Below are positions 1 to 12,166 of a stretch of DNA of 64,000 nt, piece after piece. Each line of letters begins with the position of its first letter. Within the stretch, counting starts at the first letter, position 1. Where the stretch lies: positions 3,596,001 to 3,660,000 of the forward strand of contig NC_089431.1 in NCBI RefSeq assembly GCF_026210795.1, given 5' to 3'. The notes below the pieces were generated by a model. The model was given only the letters and a program-made list of their open reading frames with translations. It had not been told where the DNA came from and ran no database searches. A program made the translations under genes and the position numbers. Origin of the DNA: Rhizophagus irregularis (taxonomy: Eukaryota).

Positions 1-3000
1 ATTTAATATTTCAAAATAAGATTTATCACTTAGGATTACTTTAGGAATTTCAGTAAATACAACAGCAATCTTTTTACTATTTTTAATTATATATGAATTA
101 CTAATTATTAAACCCTGAAGCAAATGAAATCTTTTAATCCATTTTACTAAATCAATGTATATTCCATTATTAATCCATTCTTTTAAGCTTAATCTCTCTT
201 TATAGCTATCAATTCCGGAATGCTTTTCATTTATACTATCTGCTGGCATCTTTTTTAATTGAGAAATGAAATTATCCGACTCTTTTTTTAATTGAGAAAC
301 AAATTCTAATTCAGGTGTACTACTTATTGATTCCTTAAAAAAGTTAATTGACATCATTTTTAATTGAAAAACAGAACAAAAATTTTTATATGAAATTATA
401 TCTATTATTGTATCTTGATATAATCTTTTTAGCCAATTATACAATTTTTTGGGAGTATCCAATATTACACCATTAGAAGTTTCTATTCTTGGTAAAAAAT
501 GCATATCAAAAAATCCATTATGGAATGGAAATTCATTGTTATTTTTGGATGAATTATATGCCCAAATTAAATAAAATTTCAAAATATCAATTTGTTTTGG
601 AGTAGCTAAATTGAAATCTTTAATAAATAACTGTCCACCAGCTATAAATTCATTTGTATAAAGATGACCAAACAGGCTATACAATTTTATATCATCTGAA
701 TTGGTTTCTGAATCAAGTTCTTCAAATTTCTCAAATGCATAAGTTGAAAATAATTCTGATATGTCAGCCTTGTATGTAATTTCAGCAACTGGAAAATTAA
801 TACAAACATCAGAAGGCTGCATTAGATTAGAGTCAGTATTAGCGTTATTCATAAAAGTAAGCAAATTCATAGAAGAATTAGGATAATTTATATTGGTGTA
901 AACTATAGGCTCTCCATTATATAAATTTGCAATCAAATCACCATTATTAACAACAATAGCTTCTTTACTTGGTTGTATACATCCATCCAACAATAAACCA
1001 TGGTTTAATTTCCACCGTTGTATTAATTCTTGTTTACTTGATGAAACGTTCTCTATTTTTATGATAAGATATAATTAATGAAAATTTTCTTTCTAAATTA
1101 TATAAACAATTAATTAATTAACTTACCGATTTTCTTTTCTTTATATCCTAAAAGTGAGTCTTTGTATAATTCATTTAATTCATTTAATCTTTCTATAGCT
1201 CTATCATAACCATTATCTGCAGATCTTTTATACCACTGTAGAGCCATGTCAAAATCTTTTATTGCACAAATACCATCATCAAAACAAATTGCAACATTAT
1301 ACTGAGCAACTTTATTCTCCATATTAGCGGCTTTTAAAAATAAATTAAAAGCCATTTTTTCATCAACAGATATTCCAATACCTTTTAAATAACAATAACC
1401 TAACATATATAAACCAAAAGAACATTCATTATATGCACTTAAATTATAATAATAAAAGGCTAAATTATAATCTCTATTGTCAAAAGTTCCAAATTGATAA
1501 ATATTTCCGATAGAGTATTGTGCAATTGCAAAATTATTATCTGCTGCTTTTTTATACCAATAAAGCGCAATTGATTCAATCTTATTAACTCCGAAACCAT
1601 TTTCAAAACAAATTCCTAAATAATATTGAGCAGCAGGATGCTCTTGTAGTGATGCAGACTTAAAATACTTAATTGCATTATCAATGTTAATTGCATTATC
1701 AATTGTGCCAAATCCTGAAAAATTTAAATATCCCATAAAAAACATATTATCCAAGCTTGTCTCATAATTATTGCTTAACCATTCATAAATTGTTTCATTG
1801 GTGACATTGTATGATGATAAGTAATCATGGAGAATTAGGTTGCGTTGATCACAAGATTTTCCTTCATTTGTTATACGTACAAATAATTTTACTAAATCTG
1901 AAACGATAGTATATGTATTATCAACTAATAATGTTTGTGATTGTTCAGCTGTAAATTCTTGATTACTTAATGTATTTTCATGAGATGTTGGAATTGTTTT
2001 TGTTAGATTCCTAGTTGGTTCAATATGATCATCTGCTTTATGATTCCATGAATCTATAAAAAAAAAGTTATATTGTTATAACCAATTAATTTATTCAGAT
2101 GAAAATTAAAACTCTTATTTACCTGTAATGTGGAAATTTGGAAACTCATTTGTTTTTAACCTATCAAATACACTCTTCAAACATACTAAGGAATAAATAA
2201 ATAAACAAGGATTACTAGAATTACTTTTACATTAATGAATGAAAACAATAATAATTATAAATTTTACCATTATTAGACTTTACTAGTATATTTTGTCGAG
2301 ACATAATTGGGTTTAACCTATCAACTACTTGATTCATAGTCGGTCTGTTATCTGGTTCACCATCCCAACATTCTAAAGAATAAATAAAATAATCATGAGA
2401 ATTACTATTGCATTAATGAATAGCAAACCATAATAATAAAAAATTTTACCTGTATAAAGCTTGACATAATCATTTGGTGTGTCCGGAACAGGTATTTCTC
2501 GTAAACCCTCTGAAATTTTGAACTCTAATTCAGCTTTATTATCAGCATAAAAAGGTGGTTTACCGCTTGAGATTTCCCATAATAACACCCCAACGCTGTA
2601 TACATCAGTTTTGTCATTCAATATGTAATCTTGCATTACATTATCAGGTTTTCTTCGTTTAAATCTCTTCGGATCTAAATAGGGAAGCACGCCATATAGT
2701 TCTGTAGTGTCATATGATGCGTCAATTCTTTTGGATAATCCAAAATCGGCTAGCTTAATTGTATTTTGTTTAATTAAAACGTTTTTTGAATGCTACAATA
2801 AATATAAAGTTATTAATAAGATATTAAATACAGTGTATAGGACAATTTTCTTAACAATATGTTATATCTATTACCAAGTCGCAATGAACAATTCCTTCTT
2901 CGTGTAAACATGAAACAGCACTAGATAATTGATAAGCAAAAGAAATTTTATCGTGCCAACTAAGATCCTTGAAATTATTTTTTAAATAATGGCGAAGCGA

Positions 3001-4722
3001 TCCACCATCAGCGTATTCAAAGACTAAATAATATTTTTTCATTTGATCACTTTGATTATCTATTATGCAAAAATAAAAAGAATATATGGTTGAAATTTGG
3101 AGACATTAATTAAATTTAGTAGTTTAATAATTATCATACCCAGCTCAGGCTTTGTAATTCCATAGAATCTTATAATATTATCATGATAATCAACTTCACG
3201 ATGAATTTCAATCTAAATTATAATTATAATATCAATTAAAAAAATAATCCAAAAAATTTCATAAATATATATCTTGTAATTACCTCATTGACGATTTCCT
3301 TGACACTAATTTTTTCAAAATTATAGAAAGTCTTTAGAGCAAAATATTTTCCTGTCATTTTCCATCTTGCACGATAAACTTTAGCAAATCCGCCAATACC
3401 AATTTCTTGAATTTCACTGAAGTATTTGTATTCATAATATTTGATGTGTTTATTAGCAATTGTTTCTTCTATCCAGTTAATCCATTCATTTTCTTTAGGA
3501 ATTGTTCGAAGAGTTGAGACAACATCCTGTATATTTGGGCGCTCATCTGGTTCACTTTTCCAACATCCTATTGAATAAAAAATAGTAAAATATTCTTTAC
3601 TCCTTTTTTTCTTTGTTTTTAAAAGAAAATTATATAAATAAAATAACAATATTAACTTACTTTTGTATAGATCGCTGTACCAAAGAGGGGTGCCCTCGAT
3701 TATACCTTCTCTATTCCCTTCTTGTATTTCCAATGCTAATGTCATATCGTATTTTACACCTTCAGAGTAAAATGGTCGAAATCCACTTGAAATCTGCCAC
3801 ATAATAACCCCAATGCTATAAATATCAGATTTTTCGTTTAATTTATAATTTTCATTTTGATCATTATCAATGTATTTGTTAAGGCTTTTCGGATCCACAT
3901 AAGGTATCACGTCAACCATTTTTGATGTATTATTTGATGCTTCAGAAATTCTCTTCGACAAACCAAAATCAGCCAACTTGATTTTTTTCTGGTGTACAAA
4001 TATATTATCTGTATGCTTCATTCGCGTTAAAAAAGCAAAGTTAAATTATCAATTAAATTATGATATCGTAACAAATAATTGTAAAATATGATAATCTTAC
4101 CAAATTACGATGAATTATCCCATTTTCATGCAAATATAATATTGCACTCGTCAATTGCAATGCCAAATTAAATTTATCATCCCATTCAAGCTCATTAAAA
4201 TGCTCTTTTAAAAAGGTATTTAACGTACCGCCATCAGCATATTCCATAACTAAAGAATATTTTGTCATTAATTCTGAACAAAAAAAAAAGTTAGTTTATT
4301 TTTTCAAAATAAATACAATATATTATCATCTACTTATTCTTACCAGTTTCTATCCTTGTAATTCCATAGAACTCTAATATATTTTCATGAAAGTTAATAA
4401 GCTGACGTAATTTTAACTATGATGTGTAAAAGTATATCAATATAATTTAAATAATAGATTAAATGCGAAGCATTCATAAAAAGAAGCTATAAATTTCTTT
4501 TACCTCTTTGACTACTTCCTTAAGAATTGAGATTTGATTATTGAAAGTTTTCAAAGCAAAAATAGTGTCATTATTTTCCCAGTTCGCACAAAAGATATTT
4601 CCATATGAACCATTTCCTATTAGCTTTACATTTGTGAAATTCAAATAATCAAAATATATAATATTTTTATTATAAATTGAATTTTCCAACCATTCAATGT
4701 AATAATTTAAATCTTTCGACAT
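1..4722 (-). CDS. Multi-exon pseudokinase-kinase / SEL1-repeat / MACPF-like protein (3' end runs off the window)
   Basis: Manually spliced GT-AG exons stay in one frame: 4722-4504, 4416-4344, 4273-4101, 4015-3661, 3567-3284, 3212-3140, 3059-2875, 2792-2450, 2372-2268, 2185-2123, 2053-1127, 1052-<1. Kinase 1: GNGSYG, FALK, HRNLHTDN, DFG. Kinase 2: GIGGFA, FALK, HCDLHSKN, DFG. SEL1 repeats ([14 protein letters not shown] etc.) at ~1750-1180. Last exon is open to base 1 and contains [13 protein letters not shown] (672-634). Confidence 0.85.
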
Positions 4723-4820
4723 TTTTAACCAATTTTTTTTTTAAAAAAAAAAAATATATGAATATATTATTTATATATGTGTGTAATAAATTATGTAAAT
4801 AGGTTAAATTGGCTGATCCG

Positions 4821-4882
4821 AATTACACAAATTACACAATTTGTACACAATTACACAATTTATACACAATTACACAATTACA
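4821..4882. repeat. Short tandem repeat of ~9-bp AATTACACA units in the divergent intergenic region
   Basis: aattacacaaattacacaatttgtacacaattacacaatttatacacaattacacaattaca. Confidence 0.7.
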
Positions 4883-5027
4883 TTCTTGATCATCGGAATT
4901 TCCAAATATTCCTTCATTTAAACTGAGAATGGAAATACCGTTCGTCAATTTCATCATAGTTTTGTTTTTTCATTATTTATCTAATAAATTACTATAAATA
5001 AAAAAAAAAATAAAAAAAATAAAAAAT

Positions 5028-5321
5028 TCATAATATGTACGATTTTCTATTATTATTCATAGTATCAATAAAATTTAGTTTATTATATTTCGCAATTTCT
5101 TTAATAGCTCCAATTATGTTTTGTAATACCAATATATACTTACATGTAGTATCGCATAACATTATTTTAAAGTAATTCGAAAGTTTTTTTCCTTTATCTG
5201 TTATCATTGCATATTCTTTTAATTGAAGAAACGTTAAGAAAATTAATTTATTAATCAAAATGGCTACGTTACTTACATCAATATAATTAATATCAAGTTC
5301 TACAACATTTGAAAGATCCAT
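5028..5321 (-). CDS. Possible small hypothetical protein (97 aa)
   Basis: ATG-initiated ORF with protein-like composition; no motif recognised. Confidence 0.25.
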   Translation of the reverse strand: MDLSNVVELDINYIDVSNVAILINKLIFLTFLQLKEYAMITDKGKKLSNYFKIMLCDTTCKYILVLQNIIGAIKEIAKYNKLNFIDTMNNNRKSYIL

Positions 5322-5693
5322 TATCTTATTATTTATAGGTATAAGCTACAATAAAAAAATAAAGAAAATTCTTTTCGCGCTATATTGTATGACTATTGTG
5401 CGTCTTATAATATGGGAAAATCTTACCACACTACCCTGTGGTGTTTTTGTCATATTGTCACGTGATTACATGTTTACGTTTTTTATTGGACCGCATTATA
5501 TGTCACCTGTACTACCACGTTTAAAGTACTATTTATAGTAAATATTGTACGACACGGAATTTTGATACATTAACATTTGCGCCACTTGTACGTGTATCTG
5601 TTATTAATGTACAATATTTTGCGTTACGTTTCAATTGGAACTAACTAATATTTATATGTTTACAATTTTTTTCTTCTATGTATAATTTTTAAA

Positions 5694-7685
5694 ATGGAAT
5701 TTCTTAATCTTGATTGGCTTAATAAAGTTGACGTAAAAGTTCAAATTGGCGAATCGGCCGAATCACCATCGAAATGTATATTAGTTTCTAAGCTAGGTCG
5801 TACTAAAAATTTATCAGAAATTCGTAATACATTAAAAGAAAAAACTGTAATGGATGATACATTATTATTTGCAAAAAATAAAAATAACATGTTGGTTGAA
5901 ATACCAAGAGATGATGAAAATGATTATACTTTAAATGGTATTATAAGTGATGAAACTTTATATTTAACAAAAAGTTTAGAACCTGATTGGAAAACTTTAA
6001 ATGAAAACCGTAAATTAGATTTTGGACGTATTGTAACATTAGATGGATTTGAGATTGCCGATCATAGAGCATTTGAATTAAAGAGTTGTGAAATGGAAAA
6101 ATTTGGTGCTAATGGTTATCGGGTAGGAAACTTTAAATATAGTTCGAGTGATGATAAAATGATGAAAACAAACTTGTTTCTTACTGCAGACGCTGATGTA
6201 CAGGATTTTGTAAAATTAGGGATATCATTTGGGAGGTCAAAGAATGAAAAATCTAAATTAGAGATCAACTCAACTTGTAAATTCATAGAGCTTAATAAAA
6301 TATCTTTAAAATTAAATAAATTGGAGCCAAAAGAAGAATTTATAAAAGAAGTAGAAGAAGCTATTAAATCTAAGGAATTTAAGAAAATTACTGAGAAGTT
6401 TGGTCAATTCATTTCAACGGAAGTTAATTTGGGCGGAAGAGCTTATTTTGAAGAGTCAAAAAATTTTGCGGAAAATTCTAAAGAAGATGCTAATAAGGCT
6501 GCTATGAGTGCAGGTGCTGGAACATCAAAAATCAAGGTAGAGAATACTTTAATATACTCAAAAGGAAATTCTAGTAGTTTCGAATATGAATTTTTTAAAT
6601 TACTTGGAGGGGATTCTAATTTTGAATTTAATGAAAAGGATTGGGCTCAATCTTTGGATGATTATAGTAAATGGGATTGTGTAAAATACAAAAATCCGAC
6701 TAGCATTTTCCAACTCTTACCTGATAATTTGCGTGAGAGTATCTATTTATCAGTCGGAAAAAAAATTCTTTACTTGAAGACAGAAGATTTTGATTTTAAT
6801 TATACGAGTGGTAAAATAGGAATATTCGAATTAAGAAATATTCCACAATATATTTCAAAAATACTTCAAGATGAAAGAGCTAAATGCAACATCTTTGCAA
6901 CTGTTGTTGATACAGGAGAAACAAAAAATGTTATTTTTAGTTGGAGAATTCAATATCCGTCAGATAAAAATGAACATCCACGCATAATAATTCATTGTTT
7001 TAAAGGACCCAAAAAACATAAATACAATTTGAAAGTTAATTGGATGATTATTGGTTATGATATAAATTTCAATTTCATTCTTTCAGATTTTAATATTCAA
7101 CTAGAAGTACTAGAAGATCAATTTGAAGCATTAACCAGTACACCATCTAAAGATAATAAAAAAGTCTTAGATTTCGAGCATGATTCGGATATCCTTTGTT
7201 TTGGAATTCCTGTATTAAATAACTTTAGTTTTTCAAATAACTCACTTGTTATTGGACATCATTTTTTCAAGGTTCAAGAAAAAAATAAAATAGGAAGATA
7301 CACATTTTCATACAGTTTGAATGATAATAATTATGTTAATTTGCCCACTTTTACCTTTTATACACTTATCATCTCAAATTTCCCAACTTCTAATGCTTAT
7401 GGGACATTACCTTTTGAGTGTCTTAAATTTAGATTGAAAAAACATAATTCATTAAAAGCGACTGAATTAAATTCTTTAAAATCAAATTGCACATCTTTGA
7501 TGCCAAAATATATTAGTTTACTTTCAACAGGAGAAAATAATTGTGGACCAATTTTATTGAAACAAAAATTCAATGAGATCAAAGCAAAGTATCTTAAATC
7601 TTGCGAAAATGAAGCCTGTATTTGTAGAAAAAATGGAAAGAATGATCTGGAATGCGTGTTCTTTGATCCGAATCAAGGTATTTAA
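5694..7685 (+). CDS. MACPF-like domain protein with probable N-terminal ubiquitin-like region and no evident signal peptide
   Basis: 663-aa uninterrupted ORF. FGQFISTEVNLGG (6399-6437) fits the spacing of the MACPF signature Y/W-G-T/S-H-F/Y-X6-GG. It is preceded by EFIKEVEEAI and followed by WAQSLDDYSKWDCVKYKNPTSIFQLLP. A splice donor near 7678 could extend the C-terminus. Confidence 0.75.
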   Translation: MEFLNLDWLNKVDVKVQIGESAESPSKCILVSKLGRTKNLSEIRNTLKEKTVMDDTLLFAKNKNNMLVEIPRDDENDYTLNGIISDETLYLTKSLEPDWKTLNENRKLDFGRIVTLDGFEIADHRAFELKSCEMEKFGANGYRVGNFKYSSSDDKMMKTNLFLTADADVQDFVKLGISFGRSKNEKSKLEINSTCKFIELNKISLKLNKLEPKEEFIKEVEEAIKSKEFKKITEKFGQFISTEVNLGGRAYFEESKNFAENSKEDANKAAMSAGAGTSKIKVENTLIYSKGNSSSFEYEFFKLLGGDSNFEFNEKDWAQSLDDYSKWDCVKYKNPTSIFQLLPDNLRESIYLSVGKKILYLKTEDFDFNYTSGKIGIFELRNIPQYISKILQDERAKCNIFATVVDTGETKNVIFSWRIQYPSDKNEHPRIIIHCFKGPKKHKYNLKVNWMIIGYDINFNFILSDFNIQLEVLEDQFEALTSTPSKDNKKVLDFEHDSDILCFGIPVLNNFSFSNNSLVIGHHFFKVQEKNKIGRYTFSYSLNDNNYVNLPTFTFYTLIISNFPTSNAYGTLPFECLKFRLKKHNSLKATELNSLKSNCTSLMPKYISLLSTGENNCGPILLKQKFNEIKAKYLKSCENEACICRKNGKNDLECVFFDPNQGI

Positions 7686-8848
7686 AGCCACTCCAATTAA
7701 AATTATGGTTAAAAATATGGAAAGGAGTGTTTATAAGAAAATCTTTCAATCTTGATATAAAATCTGTTGGAAATATACAGATTGGTTTGGTCTAATCTGT
7801 TTATATGTTAATTGTTGTACTAACTAAGTTTTCTCTTTATTAGGTAATATCGTCGGCAAAGTGGCGTTTTCTGTGACTTTATTTAATTGTTAGTTATCTT
7901 GTTGTATTTATTTATGTATTATTAGCTTAGAATTGTCAATCTATATATTTATATTCTAATAAAGATTATTTGTTCTTTTATCCCTTAAAATGTTTTGAAG
8001 CGAGTCAATAAAATAATAATAAATGTTAATCATAATTTCTTCTATTTAAAACTACACTCAAAGCTGTTAGATGGGTGCTACTTTACCATCTTGCTTTAGC
8101 TAGATAATCGCAATAACCCTTTCAATTATTTATTATTAATGATTAATACATAGGTATGTAGTATTATATTTTAGCATTATAAAAATGCGAAATATATGAA
8201 ATCAATATGCAAACAAAAGTTGACAATCGTTCATTTATCTTAGCCTTTTACTTTAGTGCAAGAAATAACTTAGCTAAAAATGTGCCAGTTTTGAATAGTA
8301 TGGAATGTTAAAGACCGTTTAATATTTAATTGAAACATAATTTGGTCATTTGGATAAAAAAAAAGCCTAACCAACCTTTAATAGATGATTGGCTGGTTTT
8401 GCGATCTATTTTCATTTTTACGTGACTTTTAGCTCTTATTCACTTGTTTAATAAATTGAGAATAACATTATTACTTATTAGTTAGGAAAACGATACAGGT
8501 AACAATATAACAATAGGAAAATAATTCGCGTCAACTTAATTTATAAGCTTTGGGCTATTAATTTATCAACTAATTTAGTAATACATCTGGGATACTACAG
8601 GGATAGTACATTATTATAAATTCATAATGTAATTAATATAATTTAATTTATATAGTTTTATACTTTTTAATTCTATGATGATTCATATTGCTCTTCCTTT
8701 TGTTAAAAATGAAAATTAGAAAACTTTTTACAATATTTATATTTCACTTTACTCGTATGATTCTTACATAAACTTTTCTTTATTTATTTATTGTATTTAA
8801 TGATATGAAATATCATTTTTTAAATTTATATGAATACAAAAAAAATTG

Positions 8849-10332
8849 TCATTTTATAATTTGAAAGACTTCATATTCTTCTACAGAAAAATTATCTGTA
8901 GTTTTTCTGATTTGTTTTTCATAAGATTTTACTTTACAATAACCCGATTTTCCATTTGTGGTAAGGTCATCACCATTAGAACCAAATAATGGACCAAAAT
9001 ATTTGACACTAAATATAGCAGTTTTTTCATCCTTTACACGACTTAAGATATGTCTTTCGATATTATCAACATTCTCAAAAGAGAATATAAAGCTATCCTT
9101 AGTGATATTATATGAACTCTTATAGTCTTGAAATTTCCATTCTACTGGATTATATCCTCCAAGAATTTCGTCACTGCCCTTAACTTTAATGACCGTTAAA
9201 GTATTAGACTGATTATCACAGATTTCATGGAATTTATTGGATGTAAGCCCATCACGAGACCCACGAAGTATTAATTTGAATTCATATGATGAGGTCAGCT
9301 TATCTTTAATATCTAATTTATCGATCCATTTTGAGATTAATTCAATGTGTTGAAATGTGATGATTTTTGAATCAATATATTTTAATTTATTAGAATTATA
9401 ATGTTTTAATTTATCAATGGGCTTGCTATCAGGATGCAAATTTAAAAAAGTTTTTAATAAATCCATAAATAATTCCTCAGATAGAATTTCCTTGTAAGGT
9501 AAAACTTTATCTGAAAATTCTTTAGAAGTTAAATTATAAAATTTAATAAAAGGAATGCATTGTTGTAAAGTATTCTTTAATACATTGAAATCATCTTTTG
9601 ATAAACTTGCGGGATCAGAGGAAAGTTCCGGATTTTGAGCTAATCCCCATTTAATAACATTTTCCCATACTTGAACTTCACTTATTTGAAGATTATCGTT
9701 TTGAATAAGTGAAATAATAAGTTTTTCTGAAATATCAGAAAAATCCAATGATTTGAATATCTTATCTGACTCTTTAGTTATTAAGTCAGTACAGTACTTT
9801 TGAAGTTCGAGAAAAGAATTATTTTCAAAGCTCATTTGATAAATCATATTAAAATTCTGCCCAATCCAGTTAACATTATTTTTAATCAAAGAAGATTGTA
9901 AATATTTAATTAATTCTTGAAGGCTAAGTTCATTAGCAGCAAACAAGATTTTAATAATATCAGAAGTATCATATTCCTCCATAGAAAGATTTCCTCCATA
10001 AATATATCTAAAAAAAAAATAATAATATTTAATAAAAATTGACAATTATATTTATAAAATAAAATTTTTTCTAACCTTAAGATTGTTTGAAAAATTTCTG
10101 GTGAAATATTTGGTAATTTAATATGGGCCAAAGTTCCATCATTCTTCTTTTTATTTGTTGATAAAATTCTTCTCAAATAAGGAGAACGATAATTTAGAAT
10201 AACCATATGAGCTCTAAATATTTTTACGTTAGGGTCATTACCAACTTCAATTGTAATATCATAATATTCTTCATCGTCCAAAATTTCAAGTAAATTTTGT
10301 GATAATTTTGATAAAAAATTATTATCTTCCAT
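8849..10332 (-). CDS. BTB/POZ-BACK-TLDc domain protein
   Basis: Exons 10332-10076 and 10007-8849. BTB: YYDITIEVG..IFRAHMVILNYRSPY..RYIYGG. BACK: ISEVQVWENVIKWG. TLDc: LILRGSRDG..FHEICD..ILGGYNP..EEYEVFQI. Confidence 0.93.
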
Positions 10333-11061
10333 TATAATTATTTTTTTTTTCTGGAAAAAAAAAAAATTTACAACTAGCAATTGGGATTAACTTTAAATAT
10401 TGGTTTTCTGAATCGGGAAATTATAGTTGCAAATCATCATTGTAGTATGATACGACTGATACGTAGTACGAAATAAATAATGACGTACGTCTTTCATCTA
10501 ATTAAAGCAATGATAATTCAATAATTCGAATCAATCATATTACAGGATCGGCCAAAATTAAGGATTCATAAAATTTTAAAACGTGACATTTGTTTCACAA
10601 CACACTATTAATGTGATTATCTTAATGCCGACCTATTTTTTTTTTTAAAAAAAAACTTTGTACTCTGAAATAACAACATATTCCATAAATACAAATGACA
10701 CGAAATCTAATGTATTTTTAGGATTTTAATGGGCTTTTGGTAAGATGACAATTTCATGCTACTTACATACTAAATAGTAACTACTTTTTTATTTTCAAGT
10801 TTTTAACATGCGGTAAAGTTGTAAATTATAAGGTTTTGGACTTTAGCCAAAATTTGGTATAATTTTATTTTTCTCTTAAAGAAATTTAAGTATTAATAAA
10901 AATTTTATCATCGATTTTAAAGTTTTTTATTATTAAAAAATCTGAGAGAATAGGAAAACTTTTTATGATTTTCTTAACTCATTATTAAATAAATATGTTT
11001 ATTTTAGTATCATTAGAATTAGTTAAAGCTTTATTTTAATATGATTTTAACATAAGTTACA

Positions 11062-11266
11062 TAATCCCCTGTCGCACTAAGTGTCACTCATGATCACCTT
11101 CATACTAATTTTTAAAAATTGCGAGTGATTAGCTGAGTTTATAAATGACCGGGAATCTTCGTTTAGTTATTTCCCGGTCTTATATAGATAGCCGGAAAAT
11201 TACTAATTTTAGTTTAAAATAGTTAAAATAGTTAATATTTAATGAGTGACACGCTCCAGGGGATTA
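11062..11266. mobile_element. Putative MITE
   Basis: Terminal inverted TAATCCCCTG/CAGGGGATTA, subterminal GTGTCACTCAT/ATGAGTGACAC, internal CCGGGAA..TTCCCGG. Confidence 0.5.
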
Positions 11267-12166
11267 CCCTATTATTTCCAACTCCCCATGAAATAAATAA
11301 TACTAATTTTTCTATTTTTTAAGAATAAATACAATACTACAAAATAAATGATCTAGCTAATTTTAAACTATACTCAAATAGAGCTTTTAGTTGATTCATC
11401 CGTGACAGGTTTTAAGCTTTTGTCATTAATTAATGGATAATTAATGGATAATTAAGGTCAATTCCGATATCGATTAATCGATTATATCCATTTTACTTAT
11501 TGCAAATAACTACAAAGCGTTCAAAGACAATATTTACAATGTTGATTAATTACGAGTATATGAATGAAAAATAATTATGTTCCAAAAATTAATTCCTCAA
11601 ATCTCCTTCATGCGATTATATCTGAGCTTGAAAATTGAAAAAATGTCTTGAAAAAAAAAATTCAATATTTTACTTTGAAAGACGTATCAAATTCAAATTT
11701 TTCCATGAAAAAAAAATTATTTCTAGTTTTTTTTTGTAAGAACTTAACATATACAGTTATACATTAAACCATTTTCAGACAAAACCTCGAAGTATATGTG
11801 ACCACCTAAATGACAAGGAATAAGAATTTGTCCCGTTTTCACGCTTGAATTATTTTTTAACCATTTTTTTTTTTACAAATTGACTATTTTTTGTATGATA
11901 TCAAACGACAATAAAATTTGAAATTTTTTTTGACTTTGTAACTTTCATTGTTCAATTTTAATTTTTCTTATGTATTTCTTTTTGCATGTATAAACTCAAA
12001 TATTATTTAGCTCACTCAGTTCGTGATACAAAAATCAAAAATAATTAAGTCGATAATAAAATACACGATTCAAATTTAAAAAATATTTGTATTTTGTCTT
12101 ATATAATGGTATCAGTAAAATAATTCATATATGTATATAATATAATTGGCTTTAAAAATTTATAAT

